A stretch of 64,000 bases of DNA from an uncultured Gemmatimonadales bacterium (GTDB lineage Bacteria > Gemmatimonadota > Gemmatimonadetes > Gemmatimonadales > GWC2-71-9): the NCBI GenBank assembly GCA_963730185.1, contig CAVSQW010000009.1, positions 288,001 through 352,000 on the forward strand, written 5' to 3'. Under the pieces are notes generated by a model, which saw only the letters and a list, made by a program, of their open reading frames with translations, was not told the origin of the DNA and ran no database searches. The translations under genes and the position numbers were made by a program. How positions within the stretch are numbered: the first letter of the stretch is position 1; the number at the start of each line of letters is the position of its first letter. Of this stretch, positions 1 to 9,482 are shown piece after piece.

Positions 1-147
1 TCGGAGCTGGCCGCGGCGGAGACCGCGGTGCTGGTGCCCGCGTCGGCCTCCGACGGTCAGGTCCGGGCGGTGTTGGAGCTACCCGAGGAGCAGGTCAAGC
101 GAATCCGGACGATCCGGGTTCGGTGGGTCCGGCCCGGCGCCGGATGA
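1..147 (+). CDS. 3' end of a hypothetical protein (partial, enters from the window edge)
   Basis: Frame 1 is open from base 1 (SELAAAETAVLVP...VRWVRPGAG) to TGA at 145-147 with GC3-rich codons; converges on the next gene's stop at 149. Confidence 0.55.
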   Translation, partial: SELAAAETAVLVPASASDGQVRAVLELPEEQVKRIRTIRVRWVRPGAG

Positions 148-148
148 G

Positions 149-3100
149 TCAGTCCCTCGCGGCTCGGGCTGGATAGTCCTCGCCCAGCACGCGATCGAGG
201 CTCTCGACCAGCCGGTCGGCGTCGGCGGCCGTGAAGCAGAGGGGCGGCTTCATCTTGAGGACGTTGCCGAACGGCCCATCCGTGCTGACCAGGATACCCA
301 GGTCGCGGAGGCGATTGGCCAGGTACGACGCTTCCTCGCGGGCCGGCTCCAGTGAGGTGCGGCTTCGCACCAGCTCGAGCCCGACGAAAAGCCCGAGCCC
401 GCGGGCATCGCCGGCCAGGGGGTGGCGGGCCACCAGCCCCTCGAGTCCCCGGAGCAATCGGTCGCCGACGGTGTGGGCCGCTTGCCGGAGCCCCTCGTCT
501 TCGACCACGTTCAGCACGGCCAAGCCCACGGCGCACGACACCGGATTCCCTCCGAAGGTGCTGAAGAACTCCATCCCGTTGGTGAAGGCCTGGGCGATGG
601 CGGGCGTGGTGACGACCGCCCCGAGCGGGTGACCGTTGCCGATCGGCTTGCCCATCGTGACGATGTCGGGAATCACGCCCTGGGTCTCGAAGGCCCACCA
701 GTGGGTGCCCACGCGGCCGAACCCCACCTGGACCTCGTCCGCGATCGCGACGCCGCCGACCTGGCGGATCCGCCGGTAGGCCTCCGCCAGGAACCCCTTG
801 GGCAGGACGATCTGCCCCCCACAGCTCAGGATCGACTCGGCCAGGAACGCGGCCGGCGCTTCGCCCTGCGCCTCGAGGGCCGCGATGGCGTCGGTCACCG
901 CCGCGGCGCCGGTCTGGTCTCGGCGGTCGCGCCCCCGATAGGGGTCGGGCATCGGGATCTTCCGGACCCAGGCCGGCGCGCCTCTCCCACCGGGGCCGTC
1001 GTGCTTGTAGGGGCTCACGTCGATGAGCGTCGTGGTGTTGCCGTGATAGCCCGCCTCGATCACCACCATCCCCCGTCGGCCGGTGGCCGCCCGGGCCAGC
1101 CGGATCGCCAGCTCGTTGGCCTCGCTCCCGGAATTGACGAAGTAGCAGACCCGGAGCGGCTCCGGCAGGGTGGCCGTGAGCCGTTCGGCGTACTCGAGGA
1201 TGGTCGGATGGAGATACCGGGTGTTGGTGTTGAGCACCGCCATCTGCGCCCGCGCGGCGGCCACCACCCGCGGATGGGAGTGTCCCACGTGGGGCACGTT
1301 GTTCACCCCGTCGAGATAAGCCAGCCCCAAGTCGTCGTAGAGGTGCTGCTTCCAGCCCCGAACGATCGTGAGCGGGCGCCGGTAGGATACGCTGAGCGAC
1401 GGCCCGAGCCGGGTCCGCCTGGCCTGGAGCAGGGCGCCCGCGGGCGGCGTGCCAAACGACGTCTCGGTGCGCAACCGTGTGACCAGGTTCGGGTCGGGCG
1501 ACAGACTCTTCCAGACCTCGCGCTGGTCGGCGCGGGCCACGCCGGGAAACTCGCCGTCACGATCGAGCCGGTCGACGATCAGCTGAAGATGGAGATGCGG
1601 TGGCCAGCCGCCGTTCACGTCCCGGTCGCCCACCGCGCCGATCCGGTCACCTCGGGTTACGGTCCGGCCGGGCGTCAGGGCTTCGAGGCAATCGCTGGCC
1701 AGGTGGCCGTAAAGGGTGTGGAAGACGACCCCGCCGACCGCGTGACGGAGCACGATCGTGGGCCCGTAGTCCAGGTCCATGCCGTTGTCGCGGACGGACT
1801 CGACCACCCCGTCGAGCGGCGCCAGCACGCCGGTGCCGGGTGCGACGAACAGATCCAGCCCGAGGTGCACGGTTCGGGGGACCGGCCGGTCGTTGCCCGA
1901 GGCCTGGTAGCGGTCGGTGGTATAGAGGAGCCGGGGCTCGTCGTAGCGGCCGATGCCGAGGCCGGCTCCTCGCCGCCGGATCTCGGCGAACAGCTTCCGG
2001 CCGAACCGGCCGGCGTCGAGTGGCTCGTCCGGGTGCTCGATCAGCGGACTCGCCACGCTCAGATCGAGCGTCGTGGCCGGAGGGTCGAGCGGAAGGTCCA
2101 GCACCGGGCCGATCCGGTCGCCGTGCTCCGCGAGCCAGCCGCGAACGGCCGCCGCCGCCGGGACGGGCTCGTAGCCCGCTGCGGCGCGGAAGGTGTACTC
2201 GGCGAAGCGGGGGTGGACTGACTCGAGGCGGTCGAGGGTCTCCCAGGCTGGCCGCTCGCTCACGGCCAAGTAGGCGTTGTCCGGGAAGAGCTCGCGCTGG
2301 TGGGCCGCGTTGGCTACGCTGACGGCCAGACGGGTGGCGATCAGCGGGAGCAGCACACTCAGCTCGGCTTCGGCGAGCGGGCGGGCGGCGTGGTAGCCCC
2401 GCACCACGGCCGCCGCGGCGGACAGCGGGTCGGCCGCGCCCTGCATGGCGTAGGCGCACCCGATCGCCAGCTCGGCCACCGTCACGGACTCCAGCATGTC
2501 GCCGAAATCGACGACCCCGATCACCGTGCGCTGGTCCGGGTGTCCCTCGCCGACCACCACGTTCCAGTCGTTGGCGTCGTTGTGGATCACGCTTCGGGGC
2601 AGGGCCGCCAGTGCGGAGGCGAGCGTGTCGAAGCGATCGAGGTGGCGCTCTACCAACGCCCGGCGGGTGGGGTCGGCGATCCGCCGGACGAGTGGGCGGG
2701 CCCACTGAGGCCGGGTCAGGTCCCACTTGAGCTCCCGGTGAGCCGCCGGGTGGTCGAACCCCTCGAGGGCCCGGTCGATCCTTCCCAACACCCGGCCGAG
2801 GCTGTCGAGGAGCGGGGGCGAGTGGGGGGACACCTCGGCCCAGACCCGGCCGGGGACCCAGGTCAGGACCCGGGCGAGGTGGTCGCCGCGCTGGCCCGCG
2901 AGGGTCACGAGCTCGTCGCCGGCCTGGCTGGAGACCACCATGGGCAGGGTCAGATCGGGTGCCCGGTCGGCCAGGCGAGCCAGGGCTCGATGTTGCAGAT
3001 CCAGCACGTCCCGGGCCTCGTCCGCGTGGGCGACCTTGAGCACCACGGGCGAGCGTCCCGCCGGCCGGACCAGGAAGTTCCGGTCGCGCTCGCTCGGCAG

Positions 3101-3199
3101 CTCCTCGATCGTCCCGGTCAGGCCGTACCGCTCCGCCAGGAAGCGAGCGGCCTGGCCGAGATCGACGTCGGGGCGCTGGAACGCGATGACGGGGGGCAT
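149..3199 (-). CDS. Fusion: APH/hydroxylysine-kinase-like phosphotransferase + peptidase M23 domain + class III PLP aminotransferase/phospho-lyase
   Basis: Kinase motifs IHNDAN and DFGD; M23 motifs HLGLD, LYGHL, HLH; class III motifs SGSEAN, DEVQVGFGR, TMGKPIGNG, STFGGNP. Confidence 0.9.
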   Translation of the reverse strand: MPPVIAFQRPDVDLGQAARFLAERYGLTGTIEELPSERDRNFLVRPAGRSPVVLKVAHADEARDVLDLQHRALARLADRAPDLTLPMVVSSQAGDELVTLAGQRGDHLARVLTWVPGRVWAEVSPHSPPLLDSLGRVLGRIDRALEGFDHPAAHRELKWDLTRPQWARPLVRRIADPTRRALVERHLDRFDTLASALAALPRSVIHNDANDWNVVVGEGHPDQRTVIGVVDFGDMLESVTVAELAIGCAYAMQGAADPLSAAAAVVRGYHAARPLAEAELSVLLPLIATRLAVSVANAAHQRELFPDNAYLAVSERPAWETLDRLESVHPRFAEYTFRAAAGYEPVPAAAAVRGWLAEHGDRIGPVLDLPLDPPATTLDLSVASPLIEHPDEPLDAGRFGRKLFAEIRRRGAGLGIGRYDEPRLLYTTDRYQASGNDRPVPRTVHLGLDLFVAPGTGVLAPLDGVVESVRDNGMDLDYGPTIVLRHAVGGVVFHTLYGHLASDCLEALTPGRTVTRGDRIGAVGDRDVNGGWPPHLHLQLIVDRLDRDGEFPGVARADQREVWKSLSPDPNLVTRLRTETSFGTPPAGALLQARRTRLGPSLSVSYRRPLTIVRGWKQHLYDDLGLAYLDGVNNVPHVGHSHPRVVAAARAQMAVLNTNTRYLHPTILEYAERLTATLPEPLRVCYFVNSGSEANELAIRLARAATGRRGMVVIEAGYHGNTTTLIDVSPYKHDGPGGRGAPAWVRKIPMPDPYRGRDRRDQTGAAAVTDAIAALEAQGEAPAAFLAESILSCGGQIVLPKGFLAEAYRRIRQVGGVAIADEVQVGFGRVGTHWWAFETQGVIPDIVTMGKPIGNGHPLGAVVTTPAIAQAFTNGMEFFSTFGGNPVSCAVGLAVLNVVEDEGLRQAAHTVGDRLLRGLEGLVARHPLAGDARGLGLFVGLELVRSRTSLEPAREEASYLANRLRDLGILVSTDGPFGNVLKMKPPLCFTAADADRLVESLDRVLGEDYPARAARD

Positions 3200-3216
3200 G
3201 CCCGAGTCGAGCCGCG

Positions 3217-4665
3217 TCAGTAGAGGCCGACCCGGCCTTTGACCGCCGCGATCAGCTTGGCCGGGTCGTACCCCACGCCCTGCTTGAAGACCGTCTCGAC
3301 CTTGCGGATGTCGGCGATGTCGGCCGCCGGGTTACCGGCGATCACCACCAGGTCGGCCTGCTTGCCGACCGCGATCGAGCCGACCCGGTCGGCCCGCTCG
3401 AGATACGTGGCGCCGTTCAACGTGCCGATCTTGATCGCCTGCTCGGGGCTGAAGCCCTCCTCCACGAGCAGCTCGATGGCCCGCTGATTCGAGTAGCCGG
3501 GGATCACCCCGCCGCCGCCGGTCGGATCGGTCCCCACCAGGAGCAGCCCGCCCGCCTCGGCGAAGGCGTGCTCCAGGGCCATCGCCTTCGGAAAGAGCGT
3601 GGCATAGAGCGAGCCCGGGTTGCGATCGACCCGGGCGTGCATCTGGTCGAAGACCTGCTGGAGCTCCGGCACCAGCACGTCGGTGCCGGGAGGCATCGGC
3701 CGCCCCGGGGTGAAGGTCTCGAAGACGGTGGGGGTCGAGGTGATGGCGACGTGGTGCGCGATCAGGTCGGCCACCAGGCGCGTGAAGGCCGGATCGGTGG
3801 GCTCGAGCTTGTCGATGCTGGCCTGTCCCTGGCCCTGGCCCGGACACACGTCCGGCTGCTTGTCCGCCACGAAGTCGGTCGACGCCAGGAAGCCATGCTC
3901 GAGGTCGTCGATCCCCAGCGCGGCGGCCTCGGCGTAGGTCACCGAGCAGAGGTGGCCGGTGACCTTGAGATGCCGGGCGTGGGCCGCCTCGATCGCCGCG
4001 CCCAGCACCTCGCGGCTGATGTTCATGTAGGCCTTGAACGAGGTGGCGCCCTGGTCCGCCCAGAAGTTGACGAACTCGCGCGCCTGCTCCGGCGTGGTCA
4101 GGCTCTGCATCTGTCCGAACGGGTTGGGGCCGTTCAGGTAGGGCGCGGTGGCGTCGATCCAGGGGCCGGGCTTGTCGCCCCGGGCGATGGCCTTGGCGAC
4201 GTTGAGCTCCGAGTACCCGTTCATGTTGCCGCCGGTGCGCATCGAGGTCACGCCGCCGGCCAGATAGAGCTTCACGAACGACTCGGTCAGGTTGCCGTAC
4301 ACGCCGGGCCCGGTCGGATAGAAGAGGTGCTCGTGCACCATCACGAAGCCGGGGATCACGGTCTTTCCGCGGAGGTCGAGCACCTGGGCACCGCTCGGGA
4401 CCGGGACGCTCGCGGCCGGGCCGACCGCGACGATGTCACCGTCCCGGACGACCACGGTCTGATCGTCCCGGGCGGGAGCACCGGTCCCGTCGATGACCCG
4501 GACGTGCTGGAGCGCCAGCACCGAGGTGTCGACGGTGACGAATGCCCGGGTGGTGGTTGAGAGGGTGGGACGCTGCGCGGCGGCTGGCGCGGTCAGCGCC
4601 GCGAAGGCCGCGAAGAGGACACCGCCCGAACGGGCGACGAGAGGGCTCTGGAGCACGGGCATCAC
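3217..4665 (-). CDS. Secreted amidohydrolase family protein
   Basis: Signal peptide (PAAAQ), VIDGTG, VIPGF..HEH metal motif, GTD, GSIAVGKQADLVV. Confidence 0.88.
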   Translation of the reverse strand: MMPVLQSPLVARSGGVLFAAFAALTAPAAAQRPTLSTTTRAFVTVDTSVLALQHVRVIDGTGAPARDDQTVVVRDGDIVAVGPAASVPVPSGAQVLDLRGKTVIPGFVMVHEHLFYPTGPGVYGNLTESFVKLYLAGGVTSMRTGGNMNGYSELNVAKAIARGDKPGPWIDATAPYLNGPNPFGQMQSLTTPEQAREFVNFWADQGATSFKAYMNISREVLGAAIEAAHARHLKVTGHLCSVTYAEAAALGIDDLEHGFLASTDFVADKQPDVCPGQGQGQASIDKLEPTDPAFTRLVADLIAHHVAITSTPTVFETFTPGRPMPPGTDVLVPELQQVFDQMHARVDRNPGSLYATLFPKAMALEHAFAEAGGLLLVGTDPTGGGGVIPGYSNQRAIELLVEEGFSPEQAIKIGTLNGATYLERADRVGSIAVGKQADLVVIAGNPAADIADIRKVETVFKQGVGYDPAKLIAAVKGRVGLY

Positions 4666-4697
4666 CTGGCGAGTGCGAGAAGGGGGTCGGGGGCGGA

Positions 4698-5561
4698 CTA
4701 GGCTCGTTCCAGGAGCGAGACCACCGAGAACCGTCGGAATTCCTGCTGCCGGCGCTGGCTGGCGAACCGACCCACGAAGGCCCAGAATCGGGCCATCGGG
4801 AAGGTCCGCTTCAGTCGAAGGCCTTCGTGAAACATGGAGCGGTACGCGGTCTCCTTCCAGCCGAGCGCCCCGAAGAAGGCCGGGCCGTCGGCCGGACCGA
4901 ACTGGAATGGAGCGTTCCCTGCCGCGACCGCCGGTCCCCAGCTCCGGGCCAGCATCTGGAGCAAGCCCGGGCTGGCCAGGTCGGTGAGCCAGAGGGCAAA
5001 ACTCCCCTGGGCGTGGAGGTCCCGGGCCAGGCCGGTCACGGCGGGTTCCTTCAGGTAGACCAGAAGCCCTTCGGTCACCACCAGGGTTCGCCGCCCCGAT
5101 TCCCCCGCCTGCGCGAAGAGCTCGCGCCGCCCGGCTTCGTCGGCCAGGTCGAGTCCCACGGCCCGATAGTCACATCGCGGCGTCTGCCCTTGGAGCGCTG
5201 TGGTTTTGTACTCGATCATCGCCGGATGGTCGACGTCAGTCCATTGGAGGCTGTCGGGCAGGTCCATCCGCCACGGGCGGGCGTCGAGGCCGGCGGCGAG
5301 GTTGAGTACCGCCTCGACCCCCCGGTCGCGAAGACATTGGCCGATCAGCTCGTCGAGGACGGCCGTTCGCACCACCATCGGCCAGGCCATCCGCCGCCCC
5401 TGGGGCAGGGTGTCGACGATCCGTTGCCCCTCGATCCCGGCGAGTCGGCGGGCGAAGGGGTCGTGGAACAGCGCGTCGGGTCGGTCCGACTCCATGGCTC
5501 GATAGGTCGCGACCCACCGGGCGGTGTCGGAAACGTGCGAGATGACCGGGGAATCCGGCAT
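4698..5561 (-). CDS. Class I SAM-dependent methyltransferase (leucine-carboxyl-methyltransferase-like)
   Basis: DTARWVA.YRA, DPFARRLAG, VRTAVLD, LAAGLDARPWR, TEGLLVYL motifs. Confidence 0.88.
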   Translation of the reverse strand: MPDSPVISHVSDTARWVATYRAMESDRPDALFHDPFARRLAGIEGQRIVDTLPQGRRMAWPMVVRTAVLDELIGQCLRDRGVEAVLNLAAGLDARPWRMDLPDSLQWTDVDHPAMIEYKTTALQGQTPRCDYRAVGLDLADEAGRRELFAQAGESGRRTLVVTEGLLVYLKEPAVTGLARDLHAQGSFALWLTDLASPGLLQMLARSWGPAVAAGNAPFQFGPADGPAFFGALGWKETAYRSMFHEGLRLKRTFPMARFWAFVGRFASQRRQQEFRRFSVVSLLERA

Positions 5562-5740
5562 CGGGCCTCCTCGGGGATGGTCCTCAAGATGCCGACTCGG
5601 ACGCTACGAGGCCAACCCGGGCCCGGGCCGGCCGAAGGTCCCGAGCCGGCTTTCCCCTCGCCGCCGGTCCGATGGTGAGGTACTATCCGGCAGGTCCGTC
5701 GCGTCCGCGATGGTCTGCCCCTACCCCAAGGAGGTTCGTG

Positions 5741-6268
5741 ATGCACCGTAGATGGCGTTTTGTCGTCGCCGGGCTCGCGCTTCTGTTGGCGACATCGGTC
5801 ATGGCTCCCACGCCGGTCCGCGCCCAGGAGACCACGCTCAACCTGAACACGGCGACGCGGGAACAGCTGCTGGCTTTTCCCGGGATCGGTCAGGCCTACG
5901 CCGACAAGATCATCGCGGCGCGGCCGTTCAAGATGCGGAGCGAACTGGTGGGGCGGCACATCATGCCGGCCGCGGCGTACTTGAAGATCAAGAAGCGGCT
6001 GCTCCCCACCGCCGAGGACGCGGCGATCGAAAAGGCGATGGAATCGGCGCCCACGGGGCCGCCGGCGTCGACCTTCGACGCCGAGGGCCGACTCAACCTC
6101 AACCTGGCCACCCGGGAGCAGCTGCTCGGGATTCCTGGGATCGGGGCCGCCTATGCCGACAAGATCATCAAGGGCCGGCCGTTCAAGCAGCTGGACGAGC
6201 TCGTCCGGCGCCGGATCATGCCGCAGGCAGCCTACGACGAGATCGTTTCCAAGGTCTTCGTGAGATAA
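5741..6268 (+). CDS. Exported tandem helix-hairpin-helix (ComEA-like) DNA-binding protein
   Basis: RBS AAGGAGG at 5728-5734; signal peptide ending VRAQ; two copies of LNLN.ATREQLL..PGIG.AYADKII..RPFK...ELV.R.IMP. Confidence 0.85.
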   Translation: MHRRWRFVVAGLALLLATSVMAPTPVRAQETTLNLNTATREQLLAFPGIGQAYADKIIAARPFKMRSELVGRHIMPAAAYLKIKKRLLPTAEDAAIEKAMESAPTGPPASTFDAEGRLNLNLATREQLLGIPGIGAAYADKIIKGRPFKQLDELVRRRIMPQAAYDEIVSKVFVR

Positions 6269-6289
6269 CCGTCGCGCGAGGCTGGCGCT

Positions 6290-6322
6290 TTCGGGGGCGG
6301 GCCGTGGCGGCCCGCCCCCGAA
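6290..6322. terminator. GC-rich hairpin between convergent genes (putative terminator)
   Basis: Perfect 15-bp inverted repeat TTCGGGGGCGGGCCG / CGGCCCGCCCCCGAA with a 3-nt loop; little U-tract. Confidence 0.6.
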
Positions 6323-6332
6323 GCGTGTCCGG

Positions 6333-9300
6333 CTACTTGGGGTCGAGCACCCGGCCGACGTCGAGATTGTCGAAGTTCAAGATGGTGTTGAACACCAGGA
6401 AGTAGCTTCCCACGGTCGAGCCGCGCCAGATCGGATTGATGGCGAACAGGACCACGTGCCCTTTGTCGTGGGGCACGTCGACCACGACCGGGTGCTGGGC
6501 GATGTCGCCGCCGCCGTCGAGCAGCCCGGAGACCAGGAGGTCTCGCTGCTCGCCGAAGCGGAGCACGACCCGGGGCCGCTGGTCCGGCGGGATGATTCGG
6601 AGCGGGTTCCGGAGCTGCTCGTCGCTGAGCGGAGCCCGCTCCCACGGCTTGACCTCTGGCCGGGGCGGCGCCTCGAACTTGGGGTCGAGGAGCGGGCGTC
6701 CCTGGGGGACGTCGGCCTCGTCGGACCGGCCCCGCCCGGTGGGTCGGGAGTCGACCCCGCCGAACCGGCCGCCGCGGAAGCCGCCCCCCGCCGTGCTGGC
6801 GACCGAAAACGCCCCCCCGTCTTCGCTGTAGACCGCCAGGCTGTCCGGGACGCCGTAGCTGATCGGGCTCGCGGCGTCGACCACCCGGGACCGGAGCAGC
6901 GAGCCGACCACTCGACCCCGGGTCTCCCGGGTCGAGACGCCGGCGGTGAGCCCGTAGTCGACTGCGAAGCCCGCGGTATTGTCCACGCCCACCAGCACGC
7001 CGCCGGCCTTCACGAAGTCGTCGAGATGCTGGAGGCCCTCCCACCCCAACCCGGGCCGGATGTCGTCGGTCTGGTCGATCACGCCGAGATTCGGGGTCAG
7101 GTCGGATTTCTTCCAGGGCATCGGGTTCCGCCAGGTCGGGAGACCCTGGACGATCGACGCGGCGTTCCCTCCCGTCGGTGGAAAGAGGATCACGTCGAAG
7201 CGGCTCCGAAGATCCGGCTCCCGAGCGACGTCCTGGACGCTGAGGTACTGGAATGGAATCGAGAGGAAGTCGAAGGCCTGCCGCCACCACCCTTCGGTCT
7301 GGGTGCCGAGCCAGGTATGGAGGATGGCGACCCGGGCGGCCCGAAGCGGATGGGTCTTCACCGAGGGGGGCGCGTCGAGCCCGTAGGCGGTGAGGCCCAG
7401 CGCCCGCACGGCGCGATCGAGCTCGCCCCGCTCGACGCCGCGAATCAGGAAGGTGCCCCGGTCGAATCGGCGGCCGGCCCCGTCGAACGATTCCTCCGCC
7501 GCCTGGAAGTCGGCGTCGCGGAAGCGATAGCGAAGCGTGGCCAGGGCGTTGTCGCCGTTGTGCTCGATCGCGACGATGGGTCCGGCGCCGTGAATCCCGC
7601 CGGGCGCCCTGACCGAGTCGGTCACCCGCGTCATCGGCGCCTCGAGCACCTTGGGGTCGACCACCCGGACCGCCTCGACGCCGAAGCCCTCCGGGAAGGT
7701 CCAGCCGGTGTCGTCGTACGGCGTCTTCTGGGGATCCTCGGGGCTCCAATACTGGTAGTCCAGCAAGGCGTCGGCGATCCGGGAGTACGGCTGGTCCATC
7801 CGAACCACGTAGCTCCCGGCCGGGAACGACCGGGTCCGGGCCGAATCGGCGTCGCTCGTCTTCCCGCTGCCCCGCTCCCCTCCTTTGGCGGGCAGGGCGG
7901 GCAGGGTGACGGTGAACGGCCCGGTGGCCCGCGAGATCTCCACGTGCTGCTTCTGGAGCACCCGGAGCATCTCGGCCTGGGCGCCGGGCCGGGGGTCGTC
8001 GGCGGGCAGAACGTAGGCGGCCGGCCCCTCGGTACGGGCCTTGGCGATCGACCGCTTGGCCTTCTCGTAAAAGTTCTCGAGGAAGAGCCGCCGATTGTTG
8101 GCGATGTAGCTGAGCGAGACCAGGAGCCCGGTCTGCTCGTAGTTGTTGTTGTTTCGGAGCGACCACTTGACCCGGGGCAGCGGCGGATTCTGCCGGTACC
8201 AGGTCCGCGAGGTCTGGCCGGGCGAGAGAGTCCGTTCCAGGGTTTCCGCGCTGCCGCCGTTCCCGAAGGTCTCGTAAAGGCGGCTGATGCCGTTGTGGGT
8301 GGCGGCCATGAACATCAGGTAGCCCGGCGACCAGGTGTCGAAGCTCCCGAAGGCGAAGACACCGGGCATCCCGTACCGGGTCATCTCCTGCACGTTGTTC
8401 CACCCGATCATCTGCCACTCGTTGGTGAGGAGCGGATCGAGCCAGGCGTTGTAGGGTCCGTCGCCGATGGTGTTGTCGTAGAGATAGGGCACCGACTCGT
8501 GCAGGTCGTGGATCAGGAGCGCCTTCCAGTCCACGAATGTGTTCAGGACGTTCTGGGAGAGCTTGAGCGTGAGGCCCATCGCGTCGCGGTTGTTGTCGTG
8601 GCCGACGTAGTGGCCCCAATAAAGGAGGTTGGGCCAGGTGTCGTCGGGGTGGGCCATGTGCCAGTTGAACAGGTCGACCTGCCGGTCTCGGCCGTCGACC
8701 TCGACGATCGGCGTGATCAGGGTGATCACGTGGTCGCGGATGTTCCGGATATAGGGGCTTTCGTCGACGGCCAGGCGGTAGGCCAGCTCCATCAGCGCGG
8801 TCGGCGCGCCGGTCTCGGGCGAATGGATGGTGCCGGTGATGTAGTAGATCGGCGCCGCCTCCGCGGCCAGGCGGGACGCTTCGGTGTCGTTCATCCGGAT
8901 GGTCCGCGGGTCCGCCAGCTTGGCCAGCTTGGCGCGGTTGGCGTCGAGCCCGGCGATCAGGGCGTCCGACGCCACGGCCACCGCGATCATCTCCCGCCCT
9001 TCCTCGGTCCGGCCGATCGAGAACACCTTCACCCGCGGGCTCGCGTCGTCCAGCATCCGCATGTAGCGGTAGACCTCGGTCGAGTAGGGCAGCTTGTTCG
9101 GCGCGCCCGCGATGTCGCCCAACACGGCGGCGGGCGTCGGCACCGTCTTGGACGCCGGCAGGTAGTCCACCAGCGGCGAGAGGAAGAACGGCTCGGTGGT
9201 GTACTGCTTGATCTTCCGGGTGTACTCCGGGTCGATCGGCTGATTCGGGGCGGGGCCCGGGACGATCAGCGAACCGGGCGACGGGGCGGCACTCGAACCG

Positions 9301-9386
9301 GGGCGCTGGGCGGCGGCGGTGGTCACGACCAGCGTGAGCCCGAGCCACGGAGCGAGGGCGTGCCAACGAGACGAGCGAAGCATCAT
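6333..9386 (-). CDS. Secreted M14-family zinc carboxypeptidase-like protein
   Basis: Signal peptide; HSPE (HxxE) zinc motif, DNNRD, DLHE; C-terminal glutamine-amidotransferase-like region (DVILFP, FVKAGGVLV). Confidence 0.85.
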   Translation of the reverse strand: MMLRSSRWHALAPWLGLTLVVTTAAAQRPGSSAAPSPGSLIVPGPAPNQPIDPEYTRKIKQYTTEPFFLSPLVDYLPASKTVPTPAAVLGDIAGAPNKLPYSTEVYRYMRMLDDASPRVKVFSIGRTEEGREMIAVAVASDALIAGLDANRAKLAKLADPRTIRMNDTEASRLAAEAAPIYYITGTIHSPETGAPTALMELAYRLAVDESPYIRNIRDHVITLITPIVEVDGRDRQVDLFNWHMAHPDDTWPNLLYWGHYVGHDNNRDAMGLTLKLSQNVLNTFVDWKALLIHDLHESVPYLYDNTIGDGPYNAWLDPLLTNEWQMIGWNNVQEMTRYGMPGVFAFGSFDTWSPGYLMFMAATHNGISRLYETFGNGGSAETLERTLSPGQTSRTWYRQNPPLPRVKWSLRNNNNYEQTGLLVSLSYIANNRRLFLENFYEKAKRSIAKARTEGPAAYVLPADDPRPGAQAEMLRVLQKQHVEISRATGPFTVTLPALPAKGGERGSGKTSDADSARTRSFPAGSYVVRMDQPYSRIADALLDYQYWSPEDPQKTPYDDTGWTFPEGFGVEAVRVVDPKVLEAPMTRVTDSVRAPGGIHGAGPIVAIEHNGDNALATLRYRFRDADFQAAEESFDGAGRRFDRGTFLIRGVERGELDRAVRALGLTAYGLDAPPSVKTHPLRAARVAILHTWLGTQTEGWWRQAFDFLSIPFQYLSVQDVAREPDLRSRFDVILFPPTGGNAASIVQGLPTWRNPMPWKKSDLTPNLGVIDQTDDIRPGLGWEGLQHLDDFVKAGGVLVGVDNTAGFAVDYGLTAGVSTRETRGRVVGSLLRSRVVDAASPISYGVPDSLAVYSEDGGAFSVASTAGGGFRGGRFGGVDSRPTGRGRSDEADVPQGRPLLDPKFEAPPRPEVKPWERAPLSDEQLRNPLRIIPPDQRPRVVLRFGEQRDLLVSGLLDGGGDIAQHPVVVDVPHDKGHVVLFAINPIWRGSTVGSYFLVFNTILNFDNLDVGRVLDPK

Positions 9387-9482
9387 CGATATCTCTGCGA
9401 TGGAGAAGGAGTGGACCGGCCTGCGGCCCGGCAGAAAGGTATGGCGGGGGGTACCGTCAGGCCAGCCGCCCGACGAGCGGGA

